64,000 bases of DNA from Octopus bimaculoides. Lineage: Eukaryota. Positions 38,520-50,999 of the stretch are shown one piece after another. Positions within the stretch are counted from its first letter, which is position 1, and every line of letters starts with the position of its first letter. Where the stretch lies: NCBI RefSeq assembly GCF_001194135.2, contig NC_068991.1, positions 47,198,056 through 47,262,055 on the forward strand. Direction: 5' to 3'. The notes under the pieces were generated by a model that was not told where the DNA came from, made no database searches, and was given only the letters and a program-made list of their open reading frames with translations. A program made the position numbers and the translations under genes.

Positions 38520-39775
38520 CTAGTACAGATAAATAAAGATGAATGGAAAAAAAAATTGAAAGCAAAATAAAAATTAAAATTATAAACTATCTTCATGCCT
38601 TTCCTATTCCATGGATCTAAAACAATTCTTCTCAAACCTTTCTTTAAACTATCACCCTTTTAATTTTACTAACACTTTTTCAGTTCCCTCTGGTTACAAC
38701 CTAATGCCTCCTAGCCCCATTTTCCATGTGCATACAGGAAATATCAGGCCAGAGTAATTTAGTTCCAGGTATTAGTCTGTTAGAAGTAACTACTTACCAC
38801 AACAATACTATAAGCATAGGTGACATATATTCAGTTTTGCTTATTTACTTATTCACATTTCAAAGTCTATTGTTATTGTTGATGTTGTCGTTATTGTTAT
38901 TGCTGTTCTAATTGCTGCTAACAAGCAGGTTATCAATTTCTTCTTTTTTTTTTTTTTAGAAAGCTAATATTCAAATAGGAAACAATGACTAAAAGACTGT
39001 ACAGATACACTTATTAACACCATCCACTATAACTCCCTTTCTCCCCAGTACCCATATAAAATTCCCCAACCAGAGAGCAGTATTGTCCACTGTGAGAAGT
39101 ACTGTTGAATTACGAAGGAAATGATACACGAAATACACTGTGTAGTCATTAACTCTGCTAAAGATGAATGCTTCACAACAATGATCACAAGGACTAAATA
39201 CTAAAACTGGTAACCATAACAAAACCAGAGATTAATGGATGATCAAACACCAATGGTAATGGTAGTCCCCCCCCCTCTCTCTCGGAGAGGCACAAGCACA
39301 TACACGGACATATACACATGCAGCAGTAACTTCCGCCTACCAAATTCAATCACAAAGCTTCAGCAAAAATAACAGTAGTGTGAATATATTTATCAATTCC
39401 ATAATTATCAAATGCCAACAGATTAAACATAACTCTTAAATACTAACAGTGCAAACGGAACTACCCCCAAATGCAGACAGAGTAAACATAACTATCAAAT
39501 ACCAACAGCATAATCATAACTTTGAAATGCCAGCAGTGTAAACTTAACTATCAAATGATGACAGCGTAGCCATTATCATAAGTTGGAAACAGGACCAAAC
39601 CCATCACACAAACAACTCTTCTACTATCTAACAAATCAGAACACTGACAAAAACTACACCCATCCCATACACAGGTACACATAACTACAATGAACAGGTA
39701 TTTTCAATTGATTAGCATGACTTAGTGATGTTCAGTGAATGTGCAGAGTGTACAGGGAAGATTTTCTTGTGAGGA

Positions 39776-40050
39776 CTAATACCCAGTCTTTACAACACTA
39801 ATTCTCATCCCAGCTTTGCAGCACTCAGTAGCAAACCCATTCAATGCATGATGGAGATCACCTTTTGAAGAGTCAAGTGGCACCATATTATCTGAAGATA
39901 TCAGCCAACCAATTTGACACCTATCAATTGTGATACCACTCCCACAACGGCTGCACACATCAACCCAGTTCATAGAAACTATGAAAAGAAGAGGTGACAA
40001 TGTACATCCCTGCCAAAGTTCAACAACCACATTGAAAGGCTTTGCACTGA
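39776..40050 (-). mobile_element. RTE-clade LINE reverse transcriptase fragment, degenerate
   Basis: QGCTLSPLLFI...DL.HAL..FA.EC.KAGMRIS..KT; the FADD motif has decayed to SSDN. Confidence 0.8.
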
Positions 40051-40394
40051 GAGGTCACAGCTCTAGTATTATAGATAGTAGAGACCCCTTTCAGTCATGA
40101 ATGACCATGGGATTGCACCTACAAAGTTCTCCTCTGAAGCACAAATCAGGGTAAGGTTGTTTTTGTAGAAAGCCAGTAGTTGCACATGCATACCAGCCTC
40201 CCCTCTCCATGCCACTGATGTTATCCAAGGGAAAGGCAGAGACAGCTTGGCACCAGTGATGTCGCAACTCATTTCAACAGCTGAGTGAACTGGAGCAATG
40301 TGAAATAAAAGTGTCTTGCTCAAGAACACATGACACAGCCCAGTCCAGGAGTCGAACTCACTACCTCATGATTGTAAGCCTGACACTTTAACCA

Positions 40395-40600
40395 CTGAAC
40401 CATGCACCATGCAATTAGAATATTGTTGCAGAAAAGAATTGCAAGATAGATTCTTCAAGCCAAGTCAACCAGCAGGAGACCAAGAATGAGATGGTTGGAT
40501 AATAGCCATGGTCTCAGTTGGTCATGCTTGGGAATCCAGCTGGAAAGTTTAATGACAGTTGCTTTTGATAGGAAGTAATAGAGAAGGCACCTTTAGCAAA
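40395..40600 (+). mobile_element. RTE-clade LINE C-terminal fragment
   Basis: Similar by eye to 43770-43985 (caagcc..caac..gcaggagacc..gaatg..atggttg.ataata.ccat..tc.tagttgg..tgcttgggaatccagc). Confidence 0.6.
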
Positions 40601-40649
40601 GAACAGTGGGCATAGAAGATCGATGGATGGATGGATGAGTATTACTTAC

Positions 40650-40703
40650 CACAGCAGGTAGCTCAACAAAAGATATCAGTGACTGATGATTAAGGACAAA
40701 GAA
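40650..40703 (-). CDS. RALGAPA1: RalGAP-alpha exon (FFVLNHQSLISFVELPAV), phase 0/0
   Basis: Acceptor catttttcag, donor GTAAGT, 54 nt; FFVLN motif. Confidence 0.9.
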
Positions 40704-41887
40704 CTGAAAAATGAGACAGAAATCAAAAAATTCAGTATTAAAACAAACAATGAATGGAATATTGGTCAACAAACTGAAAATGCAGCTAATAACAATGGTC
40801 AATATTAACAGCAAGGTGAGATTGCTAGCTAGCTTTCACCTTTTCTTAACAGTCAAATTTATGCTTGAGTCAACCCCACAACTATCATCTCAAGGTCATA
40901 AAACTTTGTTTATCTCTTTAACTGCTATACTCACCATCCCAATACTGATTTCTACTATTTCCCCTAATTATTTACCTTGTTCATCAACCTCTTTGTAACA
41001 TTAGTATTCTCTGCTCTTTTGAAGGTCACTGAAAGGAGGTTCATCTGCAACATTTCAGTTCCACTTCATCCAAATGACTTCAAGGTTCACCTCAACAGTT
41101 GTGGCTGTCATTGTTTAACCCCAGGTCAACCCCAATCAAACATGTTTATGACCAAAGCATTCCAACCATAAATGTCATATATTTTGAGGTCTATCTAAGA
41201 CTACATTATTCAGTGTGGCCTTCCTTGTTTAAAATAGTAGAGTGTTATTTCAGGAAGATTTGACTGCTATCTCTAGCAGGCCAAACGACTATGTAGAAAC
41301 AACCTCATTATAATAGCAAGCCAGCATGTTGTATCCTTGAGCAAAGAAAATGTATTTTCTTATCTATGTTTGCCTAGCTAACAAAGAGGTACTATCGTTA
41401 TTAAGTGGTTGGCAAGAACAAAATATTAAAAGTAATATGCATATGCCAGAAACAGGTTTAAACACAGAATTCCTTGAGGCAGATTTTCGATAGCCGGATG
41501 CCTTTCCTGTCCCCAATCTTCACTCATTTCCAAGCAAAGTATTCTTCCCCACTGGTTGAACATGTTTACAAAAAAGATTGGAAACAATGGACCCTGCATG
41601 TATGATGGTGATGCTCATTTACAACTATTGTATGATGATCAACACACACCTATACATATATGATAGGCTTCTTCCAATTGCTATCTACCAAATCCACTCT
41701 CAAGGATTTTGTAATAAAAATTTAAATAAAACCAGATTATAAAAAAAAAAAAAAATGAATAACACACAAATACAGCAAGATATCGCTGCATAGCATAGAC
41801 CCACCCAGATTGAGCCAGAACATCCCTTAACTGAAATAATAAAAAAAAAAAATAACAGAGTAGTATCATAATTGCAATAAAACTCAC

Positions 41888-42037
41888 CTGCACATTTGTT
41901 GCTTGGAAGATTTCCGGTTTCAAATCATTGTCACAGAACTCTGGCAGATCATGATGTTCTTGTACACAACTGCTCAGTTTAGCAGCACCATCACCCATTG
42001 GGAAATGGCTCAGATGATTAACTAAATGGGTCATTAA
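41888..42037 (-). CDS. RALGAPA1: RalGAP-alpha exon (LMTHLVNHLSHFPMGDGAAKLSS...ATNVQ), phase 0/0
   Basis: Acceptor ttttgtgggcag, donor GTGAGT; HLVNHL.H.PM motif. Confidence 0.95.
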
Positions 42038-42419
42038 CTGCCCACAAAAGAAGAGGGGAAAGAAACATGAGTGAAATTAAAACAAACGAACCCATTTTCC
42101 TAATTTTCTTATATTCCATGCTATTGAGATTGATTATATATTATATTATATTCATATATTCCTTTCTATTATAGGCACAAGGCCTGAAATTTGGGAGTGG
42201 GGTGGCTAGCTCACTACTACATATATATATAAAGAAGAATAATAATAAATGGAGCAAAACGCGTATGATCAATAAGTTCCTTTCTACCCATTAACCGGGT
42301 ATGATATCCCAGTTTTTGTATGATTTTTGCTACCCTGGTAACTATTAACATATTTACATCAAAGTTTTTTTTGACCGAGACCTTTGGAAATGTGCTGTGC
42401 GTGAGAAGACCCGGCAAGC

Positions 42420-42809
42420 CAAGTAAGATCGTTGCCAGTGCCCCTGGACTGGTTCTTGTGCGGGTGGCACATGAGATGCACCATTTTGAGCGTGGCCGTT
42501 GCCAGTACCGCCTGACTGGCTCCCGTAGGATTTTCGAGCGAGATCGTTGCCAGTGCCCCTGGACTGGCTTGTGCGGGTGGCACATAAAAGACACCATTTC
42601 GAGCGTGGCCGTTTTCGTGCGGGTGACACGTAAAAGCACCCACTACACTCTCTGAGTGGTTGGCGTTAGGAAGGGCATCCAGCTGTAGAAACTCTGCCAA
42701 ATCAGACTGGAGCCTGGTGTTGCCATCCGGTTTCACCAGTCCTCAGTCAAATCGTCCAACCCATGCTAGCATGGAAAGCGGACGTTAAACGATGATGATG
42801 ATGATGATG

Positions 42810-42810
<1 letters not shown>
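42420..42810 (+). mobile_element. Young (GAT)n-tailed retroposon (RTE 3'UTR family)
   Basis: Ends ...gcatggaaagcggacgttaaac(gat)n; duplicated internal module gatcgttgccagtgcccctggactgg. Confidence 0.8.
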
Positions 42811-42843
<33 letters not shown>

Positions 42844-43134
42844 TTATGTATGTATGTATGTAACAAATATACATACATATATTAAATATACATACATCCA
42901 TTCAACTCTTCAATGATGTCTTATGAGGAATATTAAACTGAACCCTGTATTTGACAAGTACTTGATCTACTTTGACTGGATGTAAAGTCTACTTTGACTG
43001 GATGACACAAATTAGCTCATTTTTCCCCACTTATCAACTGAAGCAATTAGATTACATCAATACATTTTGAATCCATGATACTGAAATCAAGAGTTCAGCT
43101 ACTTAGAGGCACAGATTCCAAAGAAAAGAGATGA

Positions 43135-43985
43135 GTAGAAAAGTTTCGGTATCTCAAGGCCATTTTCACAAGTGATGAGAGACAGAAGGCTGAATTATAG
43201 GCTAGAACTGGAGGTGCTGGCACAGTAATGCAACAGCTCCAGCATTTGATCCCCAAAAGAGGAGAGGTTCATAAAAAAGCCAAACTCGCTATCTCCAATT
43301 CAACTTTCATGTCTATTCTCACCTATGGCCATATATGTTGGGTAATGATCAAAAGAGTACCATCACAAATACAAGCAACCATAAAGGGGATCCTCCCAAG
43401 GGTCTCTTGAGTAACATTACTTGGTAGGGTGCATAGCTCAGAGATCAAAGAGTCTGCCTAAGTCAAGCACAGCTACAGTACTAAAAAGTAAGGTAAAATA
43501 ACCTTCTCAAATCATATCAACTCTTAAGGTCCAATTTCCTAGTTTCATGGCATATATATTCCCTACCTGGACAGGATGCCAGTCCATCGCAGGATTATTC
43601 ATTTTTGCCAGCTGAGTGGACTGGAGTAACGTGAAATGAAGGGTTTTGCTCAAGAACTCATTGCATCACCTGGTCCAGGAATGAAAACTACAATCTGCCA
43701 ATCATGAGTCCAACATCCCAACCACTAAGCCACATGGCTCCACAATTCTGATACTACAGACATGTGATTAGAATGTCACAAGAAAGCATTACAAGACAGG
43801 TTCTTAAAGCTAAGCCAACTGGCAGGAGACCTAGGAATATACCAAGAATGTGATGGTTGAATAATATCCATAATCTTAGTTGGTTGTGCTTGGGAATCCA
43901 GCAGGAAAATCAAATGACGGTTGCTTCTGATAGAACCCTATGGAGGAGATGCCTGAGGACTCTACCCCAACAACCCTCCCAAGAA
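43135..43985 (+). mobile_element. RTE-clade LINE 3' part, degenerate, interrupted by a SINE at about 43480-43745
   Basis: KFRYL..IFTSD, K.KL.I.NS.F..ILTYGH..W, then HVIRM.QE...RQVL.AKPTGRRPR..PR..W. Confidence 0.8.
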
Positions 43986-44073
43986 TATAGTAGGTGGAAA
44001 AGATAGATAGATATATTAACACAGCCTAAATGTGTCTATAAAAATATTCTCCAGTTTCAACAATTTTACTTAC

Positions 44074-44316
44074 CGTTTTAGCTGCTAGTTTAAGAATATC
44101 CGTTTCTTGCTTTACTGGTGCTTCAAATGGGCAAAGGCCTTTTGGGTCTTCAACATTTGTGTTCTCAACTGAATCTGCTGGAAACAGTTTCGAGCCGCTC
44201 GTGCTGCCTAGTAGTGCCTCTCTGTCCATGTCCATTTCTGAGACAAAGTCAGAGAATGAGTGGCTACCTCTTGAAAGTGATGCTGTCGTTTGTCCCATAA
44301 CAGCAGCATTCAGAAC
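44074..44316 (-). CDS. RALGAPA1: RalGAP-alpha exon (VLNAAVMGQTTASLSRG...DILKLAAKT), phase 0/0
   Basis: Acceptor ctttctgtgcctcccaaag, donor GTAAGT, 243 nt open. Confidence 0.9.
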
Positions 44317-45633
44317 CTTTGGGAGGCACAGAAAGAGAAGGAAAGAAACAAAACTTAAAATAAAGCAACAAATTGATTTTAGTCAAGGTTAAGTCAACTT
44401 TCTAACATGACTACTCACAAAACGACAGAGTGCAAACATATACATAAACACATACCGACATCCATATTACATAAGATGTTAACATTCATGTAGCAAACTT
44501 AACTAAGCATTATTTCATATACTTAAATATGCTTCAAAAATACTTTAACTCTTTAGTGTTCAGATTACTCTCTATCAGAAGTAATGATTATTTATTCATA
44601 TTGTCTTGAATTTATCATGTATTAACACGTTGCTTTGAGATTTTGATGATGTGATTGCTTATTTTTAGAATGACTTTAAAGTGTAGATGTGAAAATCTAG
44701 ATCTGGCCAGTTTGAACATAATACTGGTAGTACGTTTGGACTGGAAATGGCCAGTTTAAATGCTAAAGGGTCAAGAGATAGAGGAAGTATAAATAAATAA
44801 AACATCAGTGCACGTCTAAAATTTTGCTTTTTTCTCATATATTTAGTAATTCAAAGTATGTTGTGTAAAACAGTCCTGGTGAGTGTGTGTGTGAGGTCTG
44901 AAAATAAAAGGCTAGGTGGGATGATTAAAACTGGCATTAACATCATTTCAAGATCCACTTTCCATTCTGAGTTAGTGGAAGTATATAAAAAGGGAAGAGT
45001 TAAAGTTCTATATGAGAAATAAGATCACATTACACACTGAAAACATTGTTTTTAATCAAACCCTAGAAATAAAAACATAACCAGTACCAAACACACAGAC
45101 AATTTAGAGAGACTCTACGAAGCTATTTAACCTACAAGAATTAGCATTCAAATCTCCTTCAAACCACACATCATACTATCTTAAAAAAGAAAAATGTATA
45201 AGATAGTGCTTTTAACCCTTTAGCATTTAAACCAACTATATTCAGCCCAAATATTCTGTTTTCTGTTCAAACCAGCCAAATGTAGCCTCTCACACCTACC
45301 TTACAATGTCATTCTAAAAATTAAACGATCATATCGAAATCTCAACGCTATGAGATAATGCATGATCAATTCAAAACAATGCGAATAAATAAGCATTACA
45401 TTTGATAGAATAATCTGAATGCTAAAGGGATGAAGAAAATTTTAAAAATAAACACAGGTGGGGGATTGCTGCAATGCTTCTAATAATGATAAATATAATT
45501 GATCAGAGCTGATCTCACCTTAAATAACACTAACATACACACACTTACACAAACATGCATATTAACACTCACACACACAATTCTGTATACAAATTCAAAC
45601 AAGCATACACACATACGTACAGAAAATACTTAC

Positions 45634-45744
45634 TTGAAATACTTTATGAAGTAAAGGTTTCTCATTTTCAGTTGGTTCCAACAGAAGATGCATTGGCATC
45701 TGCATACACCACTCAACAGTTGTGAACAACATAGACTCCAGTAA
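45634..45744 (-). CDS. RALGAPA1: RalGAP-alpha exon (LLESMLFTTVEWCMQMPMHLLLEP...LHKVFQ), phase 0/0
   Basis: Acceptor ttgtttgcag, donor GTAAGT, 111 nt. Confidence 0.9.
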
Positions 45745-46778
45745 CTGCAAACAATAATAAAGGAATATACATATTTATATATTTAAATGAAAAGAACAGA
45801 GAAAATAGAAATTCTGAAATACCCAGAAGGCTCCCTGGAAGTAGTAGATAGTTTCTGTTATCCGAATTTTGAAAAGAATATAAGTATACTGCAAGTGAAA
45901 GAAGGTTGCAGAGCACTGATATAGACTGCATGGAAAAGGGGATGTTAAAAGATAAAGATGATGATGAACACTTGGGGGAATGGAATGGAAAGATGGACGA
46001 GGAATGCTATACAGATGCTTTGTTTGCTCCCCCCTCCCCCTGCCTTTTTTTTCTTTTGTCATTAGCAAACACGGATTTGCATGTGCAATAGTTCCGGCGA
46101 TATGCATTCAGAATTCCTAGAGTAGACAGTCTAATTTAAAATTTTTTTTTTAAACAAACAATGTTAATATGTGAAATGGATTAATTAAAAATAAAAACGG
46201 ATTTTCAGTCATCTTAAAAAAGGAAATCAATGTCAAAACGATAAATTCGAAAAGGTAATAGCTAGGGGGAATAACTCCTCATACGTGGACGCAAGCTAGC
46301 AGGGGAGGTAATTCTTCCCAAACTTTTTAACCAAGGGAGATAATTCTGATTTTATCTTCTGTCTTGACAGGTTAAATTGCAGCCAAGCTGGGGCACCACT
46401 CTGACAGGTCTAGTCAAACAAATTGACCCCAGTAACTTATGTTAAGTCTGGTATTTATTCTATCGGTCTCTTTTACCAAGCAACTCGTTTACCGAGACGT
46501 AAAAACAGCAACAGTTATCAAGCAATGGTGGGGCACGCATGTACACACACGGCATACAACTGTTTCCACAGTTTCGATCAACCAAATTCACTCATAAGCC
46601 ATTGGTCAGCCCAGGGTTATAGTAGAAGACACTTGACCAAGATGCTAGAGAGTGGAACTGAACCAGAAATCACATAGTTGTAAAAATGAGATTCTTAACC
46701 ATGCAGCCAAGCCTAAGCCTATATGAGAGAGAAATTTATGTTAATATATAATGAGAAACTTCATGGAATGTATTTTAC

Positions 46779-46847
46779 CCGCTTTTGGTCTTCATTGCAT
46801 GGTTGATCTGGACTTGGCATGATCTCTGTAACAGTTAAGGCAATTGC
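46779..46847 (-). CDS. RALGAPA1: RalGAP-alpha exon (AIALTVTEIMPSPDQPCNEDQKR), phase 0/0
   Basis: Acceptor ttttctttttcag, donor GTAAAA, 69 nt. Confidence 0.85.
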
Positions 46848-46899
46848 CTGAAAAAGAAAAAAATATATGTATTAATTTTTAAAATCTATTTTATACAAC

Positions 46900-47295
46900 A
46901 AATCGGGATGGCACCTATGCCCAGCGTCGCCTTTCTGTCACTTGTGCCNNNNNNNNNNNNNNNNNNNNNNCTTGACATGTGTAAGGATTTTCGAGCAAGA
47001 TCGTTGCCAGTGCCCCTGGACTGGCTCTTGTGCGGGTGGCACATAAAATACACCATTTTGAGCGTGGCCGTTGCCAGTACCGCATGACTGGCCTTCGTGT
47101 GGGTGACACATAAAAGCACCCACTACACTCTCTGAGTGGTTGGCGTTAGGAAGGGCATCCAGCTGTAGAAGCTCTGCCAAATCAGATTGGAGCCTGGTGT
47201 AGCCATCTGGTTTCACCAGTCCTCAGTCAAATCGTCCAACCCATGCTAGCATGGAAGGCGGACGTTAAACGATGATGATGATGATGATGATGATG
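46900..47295 (+). mobile_element. Young (GAT)n-tailed retroposon (RTE 3'UTR family)
   Basis: Same terminus and modules as the 42420 and 37560 copies. Confidence 0.8.
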
Positions 47296-48347
47296 ACAAC
47301 AACTTATAAACAACTGCATTGTTGACTGCAGGTTTCCAGCAGCTCTATCATCCGTTCAAGGTTCTGAGGCGAGAGAGCAAAAAAGCAGTGGTTACTTGGC
47401 TGCCTTGCTTGTATACATTTTGCCAATATATAACAATAAAACACACACACAAAGGCCATCACACAAGTGAGAATGACTTGGTAGCATGTATTTTTTAGGC
47501 GTCAACCAAATTACTATCACAAAGCTACGAAAAAAGATATTTCCCCAAAATGCAACGCAAGGATCATGCTTGCAACCACATGGTGCAAAGCAAACTTCTT
47601 AACTGCACAAACATGCTTCCACCCTCAAGCAAGCAAAAGTCAGCTTTGCAGAGGAGAGTGGGCAAATATTGTATAAATAATGTCTGTTATACAACAGGTT
47701 CTTGCTTTGTTTCAGTTTTAAAGAAATCAACTCTGGTAAAATTTAAGCTCAGAACAAAAGGACTTCAAACCACAAAGATAAAACAAAACTAAGCAATAAT
47801 AAAGATTTCTAGTTATGGCACAAGATCAAATGTTTATCTCCAGGTATTTAAGTAATAATAAAATTATCGATTGCAGTAAGATGAAAAGTCAAGTCAATCT
47901 GAGATGAATTTAAACTAAGACAGAGCAATAATATGCTTGTCAGCCTGCCTAGTTGCAAGTAGTGCCAATAATGATTTTTAACATCATATGCAGGTATGTG
48001 GAGAAAGAGAGAAAGAGATGAGGGGGACAGAGAATGAAAGGGAGTGAGGGGAAAGAGAGAAGGAAAGAGGCAAGGAGGGGAAAGGAGAGAGACAAAGAGA
48101 GAAAGAGAGAAGATTAAGGGAGAGAGATGGCGAAGGAGAGACAGAAAGAGGGAAAGATTTGAGGACAGATGGAGAAACAGCCAGACAGGGAATATGGAGA
48201 ATTAATGATTAGGAGTAGAGAAACAGAGAGAAAAGGGGGAAGAGAAACAGAGATAAGGGGGAAGAGAAACAGGGAAATTAAAAGATGTGGAAACCCAGAT
48301 TAAAGAGCAGAGACAAGAAGTACTATAAAACCAGTAGAGAGACTTAC

Positions 48348-48458
48348 TTCAATGATCTTCTTTGGTAAATCCGGCAGATAGCTGAGAAACGTGTCAACAT
48401 GATCACAGAGCAACATCAACATATCTGATGCCACCTTGGCCACCATTTTAGTAGAACA
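48348..48458 (-). CDS. RALGAPA1: RalGAP-alpha exon (CSTKMVAKVASDMLMLLCDHVDTFLSYLPDLPKKIIE), phase 0/0
   Basis: Acceptor ttctttgatag, donor GTAAGT, 111 nt. Confidence 0.9.
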
Positions 48459-48718
48459 CTATCAAAGAACAATAAACATTTTACAGTTAATTGTATACTC
48501 CTAAAAAGGAAAAAAAAAAAATAGAACAGTGAACTGTATTTGTTTCATAATGAATTACAAAGAAGGCTGGTATTCTAAACTTCTCACTAAACTCACTGCC
48601 AGCCCTCACCTCACTAAAACCCATGCCAGTATGGACAACAGACATTAAATGATTATGACGATGATGTATACAGAACTAAGAAAATAAAAACCAGAAAAAA
48701 GAAAGGAAAAAAACTAAC

Positions 48719-48827
48719 CTTCAGAGCACCAAGCAATACATTGATAGCTTCTTTGATTTTTGGATGTAGAGTACCATGTACCAATTCTTCATACAGGAAG
48801 ATACCTAAACTGCTCAAAGCTATACAC
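48719..48827 (-). CDS. RALGAPA1: RalGAP-alpha exon ([36 protein letters not shown]), phase 2/0
   Basis: Acceptor ttcatttccag, donor GTTAGT; EELVH..HP.IKEA.NV motif. Confidence 0.95.
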
Positions 48828-50940
48828 CTGGAAATGAAATAAGCCAAACATTAGAAAAATGTTAGTATTTTCAATACTCAATATTACTGGAAATAATTCT
48901 AAACTATCAACCATTAAAACTATTAACCACCACTGCAACCATCTGGACAATACACTCCATCTCCTATCAAAAACTGACATTTCAAAACTGTTTGTACACA
49001 ACTTCATGATGCCAAACAAAAATGACTAACCAACTGTAAATGTAACTCAAACTTCCCATAAAAATTGCAGTTATTAAATATTATTGTAAATATTTTACTC
49101 TACTCCATATTATAACAAAAGCTTCAATATTTTTTCAATCAACAATGGAAATGCTAAGCAGTTACTCAATCCGCTAGAAATAGCAGCTAAATTTGCTTCA
49201 ACCCACACAACCATCATAAGTGGATAATGTGGTCATAAACGTACACTGGTAGAAAAAGACAGCATGACCACTGCTTGAACACCCTAGATGAGGGGTCTAC
49301 TCATTTAGAGCTAAACAACAACTACTGGTTCCTTAAAATTGGTAACAACAATAACAAAAACAATTAGGTGGTGCAAGCTTTTCATAAAATCTGAAATTGT
49401 TTCTGCTTGATTTCATTAATATTGGTTTCAAATTTTGGTACAAGGCCAGCAATTTGAGGAGAAGGGTGTAAGTCCATTACATTGACCTCGGTGCTCAACT
49501 GATACCTATTTTATCAACTCTAAAAGGAAAGCAAAGCTGACCTCAACGGAATTTGAACTCACAGTGTAAAAACAGGCAAAATGCCACAAGCATTCTGTTC
49601 TGGCGTACTAATGACTGCCAGCTCACCATCTTTGATTTCTTTAATTCTTTAGCATTCAGATTATTCTGTCAAATGCAATGTTTATTTATCCACATTGTTT
49701 TGAATTAATCATGCATTATCTTGTGGCTTTGAGATTTCAATGAAATGATTGTTTACTTTGAGAATGACAATGTAGAGTAGGTTTGAGAGGCTGGACATGG
49801 CCAGTTTGAACAAAAAAACTGGATAGAATATTTGGGCCAGATAAGGCCAGTTTGAACGGTAAAGGGGTAATATTGTTGTTGTTGTTAAAGCAGCAAGAAG
49901 TCAGTATCATTAGAACACAAGGCGAAATGCTTAGCACCATTTTGGCCATCTTCATGTTCTAAGTTCAAATTCCACTGAGATCAATTTTGCCTTTCATCAT
50001 TTCAGGGTCAATAAAATGAGTACCAGTTAACAACAGGGATTAATGTACTCAACTTACTACCCTCCCCAAAACTGCTGGCCTTATACCAAAATTTGAAACT
50101 AATATTATTGTTGTTGTTATGCTATTGTTATAGTACATGGAGATGCCCAGATTTCTCTTCTTGTGAAGAACAATTGAATAAAGTGTATAGCATGTAAAGT
50201 ATAGAGTCTGGACAGCAACAGTTACTTTATGAGCAACTTCTTTTGCCTCAATCCTTTCACTGCAGCTATGCTGGGGCACTTGCCTTGAAGAGCTTAGACA
50301 TCATCATCATTTCTTCATCATTTAGCATCTGCTTTCCATGCTGGCATGGGTTATACAACTGGACTGGAACGGGTAAACCAGAGAGTTGTACCAGGTTCCA
50401 GTCTGATTCTGAATTGGTTTCTACAGCTGGCTGCCCTTCCTAATGCCAACCACTCCGAGAGTGTTGTGGGTGTCTTTTACATGTCACCAGCACAGATGAT
50501 TCTACAATTGATCCCAGTATTTTTTTTTTCTTATTCTATTGTGCTCTTTTTGTTGAACCACTAGGCTACGAGAATGTAAACAAATTAACACTAGTTGTCA
50601 AGTGGTAGTCGGACAGACGATTGGATGGATAGACACACATATACACGACATGCTTCTTTCAGTTTCTGTCTATCAAATCCACTGACAAGGCTTTAGTCAG
50701 CTCAGAGCTATAGTAGTAGACACTTCACTGAGGTGCCACATAGTGGAACTGACCCCAGAACCATATGGTTGGGAAGCAAAATTCTTACCACACAGCCACG
50801 CCTGCACCTATAACCACATCAGCCTACAAATTCAGTGATTGCTTTGTTTGGATTTGTATGATTTTCTCAATCCAAATGAGTAAAAGACTAAAATACACAG
50901 GAAGATAAATATTGGTAACAGTGGTAATAATGAATCTTAC

Positions 50941-50999
50941 CTTGCTGAGCTAACAGAGTCTAGTTTTCCTGCCTTCAATAGCTGGTCAACTATAAGATC
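50941..50999 (-). CDS. RALGAPA1: RalGAP-alpha exon (DLIVDQLLKAGKLDSVSSAR), phase 0/2
   Basis: Acceptor ttaccttacag, donor GTAAGA; the phase-2 end fits the next exon. Confidence 0.9.

Noticed and set aside
38989-39222. ORF containing DNTALW, superficially like the W.NS.LY motif
   Set aside because: No matching splice sites, and the true motif is in exon 38360-38519.
45822-45925. Apparent exon SISVLCNLLSL... with a good acceptor (ccttttccatgcag)
   Set aside because: The available donor gives phase 1 where phase 0 is needed, and the homologous position is filled by 46779-46847.
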